Shown here in pieces: positions 60,910-64,000 of a stretch of DNA of 64,000 bases (positions within the stretch are counted from its first letter, which is position 1; each line of letters opens with the position of its first letter). This stretch comes from Gammaproteobacteria bacterium. GTDB taxonomy: Bacteria; Pseudomonadota; Gammaproteobacteria; Ga0077536. Under the pieces are notes generated by a model, which ran no database searches, was not told the DNA's origin, and was given only the letters and a program-made list of their open reading frames with translations. Both the position numbers and the translations under genes were made by a program. The DNA lies in the NCBI GenBank assembly GCA_963662545.2, contig CAXXLL010000002.1, positions 1-64,000 on the forward strand, in the 5' to 3' direction.

Positions 60910-62054
60910 AATAGGTGTTCCAAAAACTCGATCAAATAAAAAGAACTCAGGTGACATTCAGAGATCAGAGGTTGTATCGAGCAATCTACGTTCCCGAAAG
61001 AGGTCACCTGAGTATGGATAGTTTAGTGTCATTGACGCGCTCACAGAAACGTCGCTTTAAGCGGTTGATTCAACGCAGCGATAACGGGCGGGTGGTTCGC
61101 CGCGCTCAAGTCCTGTTGCAGTTAGTTTCAGGCGTCTCACCGACGGCCGTGTCACGCAGTTTGTCGGTCGCGCGTTCAACGGTTTATCGATGGGTCACGC
61201 AATTCCAGACCGCGGGTGAAGCCTTTCTCGAGGCGTGCGGCTCGGGCCGGCGGGCGTATACGGTGGATGACACCCTGTTGGAGACGCTCGCCGAGTTAGT
61301 TGAGCAGCCGCCCAGTGATTATGGCTACCTGCGCAGTACGTGGACGAGCGAGATGCTGGCCGAGACGCTGAATTCGTTGCTGTCACGGCCCATTCACGCC
61401 TCTACGGTACGTCGCTGGCTAGTTAATTTGGGATTCGGCTGGCGTCGTGCTCGTCCGACCTTACATCTGCGCGACCCACGGGCAGCCACGCGCCTGAAAG
61501 CCATTCATCGTGCGTTGTCTCGAGCCCCATCGGGGCATGAAGTGTTTTACGCCGATGAGGTCGATATCGACCTCAATCCCAAAATCGGTTTCCTTTGGTC
61601 TACTCAAGGTTGTCAACGTGCCATCCCCACGCCTGGGCAAAACCGGAAACGCTATCTGGCGGGCGCGCTGCACGCACGAACCGGTCGCGTTGCGTATGTC
61701 GAGGGCACACGGAAAAACAGCGACCTATTCCTTTGCCTGCTCGACCACCTGCGGCAAACTTACCGCGCCGCGCGTCGAATTATCTTGATCGTGGATAACT
61801 ACATCATCCACAAATGTCGCTTGGCACACGTCTGGCTAAAGCACAATCCGAAATTCCGATTGCTGTTCCAGCCGGCCTATCAGCCCTGGGTCAATGACAT
61901 TGAGAAACTCTGGAAACAGTTGCACGACAATGTCACCCGGAATCATCGTTACTCGACCATCGACCGTCTGATGGACGCAGTACGTGCCTTCATGCGTGCG
62001 GCAAGTCCATTCCCGGGAAACTGCCCGAGTGTCGCAAGATTTGGATCACCTATT
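60910..62054 (+). mobile_element. IS630-family element, copy 3 (1145 bp)
   Basis: Same IRs and TA duplication; transposase differs by one residue (QLVSG vs QLASG); likely true start ATG 61014. Confidence 0.95.
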
Positions 62055-62077
62055 TAGCAGCCTGTCGGACTTAGGAA
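62055..62077 (+). repeat. Dispersed short repeat (MITE-end-like), copy 2
   Basis: TAGCAGCCTGTCGGACTTAGGAA, reverse complement of 47890-47912. Confidence 0.75.
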
Positions 62078-62234
62078 GAATTGACTTGGGCGTTTCGATA
62101 ACGGTCCAGATGTGTCGTGGATCTGCGCAGCGTATTCCTGCGCTTCATCCATCCAGCACTTACGTCCTTGCTGGTTACCGAGACATCGCTGTACCGGCAA
62201 CAGTTTGCCGAAAACGGAAATCTGCAACATCAAA

Positions 62235-63377
62235 CTATTCCTCGACGTTCGGATCGGGCTCGACCCTTTTTTTTCTTCCAGAGCGTTCCGACCGCCGCAG
62301 CTCGCGTTGCAGCGTTCCGAAATGGCGGACCCAGGGCCTATTCACCATTATTGCGGGCGGGAGATCGGCGAGTCTGCGTTCAGCCGCAGCAGAATCCTCG
62401 TAAGATCCGACGACCGCACTGAACGGTTCGCGCGCGCGCGGGCGATGCAGAAAATAGGCCGAATCTTCGCCGCGCGCGTGCTGGCGCAACAGCAGTTTCA
62501 AGGCGACGGCGCTGCGGCTCGCGGCGACCTGCAGTGTGAAGTGGGCGTGCGGTTGTGCCTTGACCCACTCGACGCCGTGGATTGCGCCTGGGGACGATTC
62601 GGGCTCCGCTCGCTTTACGCCTGCGACGATGCTAGCGGTCGATACGGACGGTGCAGACGCCCGGGCGGGCAGGGATTCGAGCGCGCGCAAAGCCGGTTCG
62701 AAAGTAACGGCCGCGGCTTCGAACCAGGTTCGCGCGAGATCGGTTCGTTGCTTTTCGAGGTGCCATCGCGCCAGGTTGTATTGTGCCGGCGCGTATCCCT
62801 GCCGGGCTGCGCAATTAAGGTGGCGTTCGGCGCGCGCGGCCTGCTGTTCGCGTGCCGCATACCAGGTTCCCGCGGCAAAACATGCCAGAACGTGATCCGC
62901 TTCGGCCGCGCGGTCGAGCCATTCGAGCCCATCGGCGGTGTTCTGTCCCCTCTGGAGCAGGACTAGCCCCAGATTGTACTGTGCGTCGACGGCGCCTAAT
63001 TCGGCCGCCTTGCGCCACCAATTCAACGCCGCGGCCGAATCGGCTGTCACAGCGCGACCTTCGAAATACGCGTTTCCCAACGCCAGTGCCGCTTCCGCAC
63101 GGCCATCGCCGGCAGCTGCCTTCAGGCTCGTTACCGCCTGCTCAAGGTCGGCATTGTTGCGGCCTTCCAGGGTCAAGATTGCGAGGGCCAGTGCCGCTTC
63201 GATATCACCATTGCCGGCGGCCGACCGTAGTCGCGGCACGAGTTCGTCGAGAACGGGTGTCAGCGCGGTCCCGTGCCCTTCGTCCGCAGTGGATTGCGGC
63301 ACCTGCGCGAATCCGACGGGCGCCAGCGCCGCAGCTGCCAGCATCAAACAGAACGCGATCGCGTGCTTACGCGCCAT
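62235..63377 (-). CDS. Secreted Sel1-repeat protein with C-terminal SPOR-like domain
   Basis: Signal peptide; AAELGAVDAQYNLG and AARQGYAPAQYNLA repeats; HFTLQVAA..VVGSY..AA..LP..PWVR. Confidence 0.85.
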   Translation of the reverse strand: MARKHAIAFCLMLAAAALAPVGFAQVPQSTADEGHGTALTPVLDELVPRLRSAAGNGDIEAALALAILTLEGRNNADLEQAVTSLKAAAGDGRAEAALALGNAYFEGRAVTADSAAALNWWRKAAELGAVDAQYNLGLVLLQRGQNTADGLEWLDRAAEADHVLACFAAGTWYAAREQQAARAERHLNCAARQGYAPAQYNLARWHLEKQRTDLARTWFEAAAVTFEPALRALESLPARASAPSVSTASIVAGVKRAEPESSPGAIHGVEWVKAQPHAHFTLQVAASRSAVALKLLLRQHARGEDSAYFLHRPRAREPFSAVVGSYEDSAAAERRLADLPPAIMVNRPWVRHFGTLQRELRRSERSGRKKRVEPDPNVEE

Positions 63378-64000
63378 CGGCCTCGATACATTCGATGGAG
63401 TCATTTCGCGGAGAATTCACTCTCTTGCTTACAGGATGCAGATCAAAACTCGAATCGGGCGCCGGTTTGAGTACCGCGGCCAGCACCGACGGCTCCGCGG
63501 CGGCGTCGAGCCACAGATTATAATCGTCTCGCCGAACGACCACCGGCATGCGGTTGTGGACCTCGCTCAAGCGGCGGTTAGCGTCGCAGGTCAAAAGCGT
63601 GCAGCTTTCGATCACCTGGTCATCGCGCTGCCAGCGCTCCCACAAGCCCGCTATACCGAAACATCCGCCCGCCGCAGCATAGATGAAATAAGGCTGCTTG
63701 CCGCCTGGCCTGGCCTGCCATTCGTAGTAGCCGCCCGCCGGTACCAGGCAGCGCCGGCGGCGAAATGCCGCTCGAAAGGCAGGCTTCTCGGCTACCGTTT
63801 CGGAGCGGGCGTTGATCAAGCGGTTGCCTATCTTGGGATTCCGGCTCCACGAAGGGATGAGTCCCCATCTGACTTCGGCGGCAGTGCGCCCATGCTCCTC
63901 GTCACGAATGATCAGGACCGGTTGACTGGGCGCAATGTTATAGCGTGGCTGGACTCCAGCCACCGGCTCGATCTCGAATTCGGCGACAATCTCCGCGGCG
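63367..64000 (-). CDS. SOS response-associated peptidase (SRAP/YedK family), 5' end outside window
   Basis: PRYNIAPSQ, WGLIP.W, INARSET, RRCLVPA.GYYEW, HNRMPV, VSKRVN. Confidence 0.94.
   Translation of the reverse strand, partial: AAEIVAEFEIEPVAGVQPRYNIAPSQPVLIIRDEEHGRTAAEVRWGLIPSWSRNPKIGNRLINARSETVAEKPAFRAAFRRRRCLVPAGGYYEWQARPGGKQPYFIYAAAGGCFGIAGLWERWQRDDQVIESCTLLTCDANRRLSEVHNRMPVVVRRDDYNLWLDAAAEPSVLAAVLKPAPDSSFDLHPVSKRVNSPRNDSIECIEADGA

Overview
A GC-rich proteobacterial chromosome segment, probably gammaproteobacterial (aceE-aceF, ppsR/ppsA, prsT/PEP-CTERM). 1-13.2 kb is a decayed genomic island anchored by a P4-type integrase at the 3' end of tRNA-Ala(CGC). It is packed with IS21, IS3, IS6, IS630 and IS1 elements and remnants but keeps a few intact orphan genes, notably a soluble Ser/Thr kinase with a C-terminal Zn ribbon and a 238-aa unknown gene coupled between ruined hsdS and hsdR. 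13.4-19.9 kb holds a nitroreductase, an HTH-MNT/HEPN toxin-antitoxin-like pair, a relic tmRNA/tRNA-type att site and an IS-truncated hsdM. 20-64 kb is mostly backbone: metabolic genes, a sigma54-controlled PEP-CTERM locus beside a glycosyl-modification cluster, pyruvate dehydrogenase, a LOG/HAD/macro/HAD run, ppsR-ppsA, a tandem pair of unknown paralogues, a Sel1/SPOR protein and an SRAP gene. Recent IS copies (three IS630 at CTAG, two ISNCY-like at TAGCTA, one IS4 inside a 36-bp hairpin) and small MITE-like repeats are scattered through it. No CRISPR array or rRNA was seen. All family calls come from reading motifs by eye; no database search was run.
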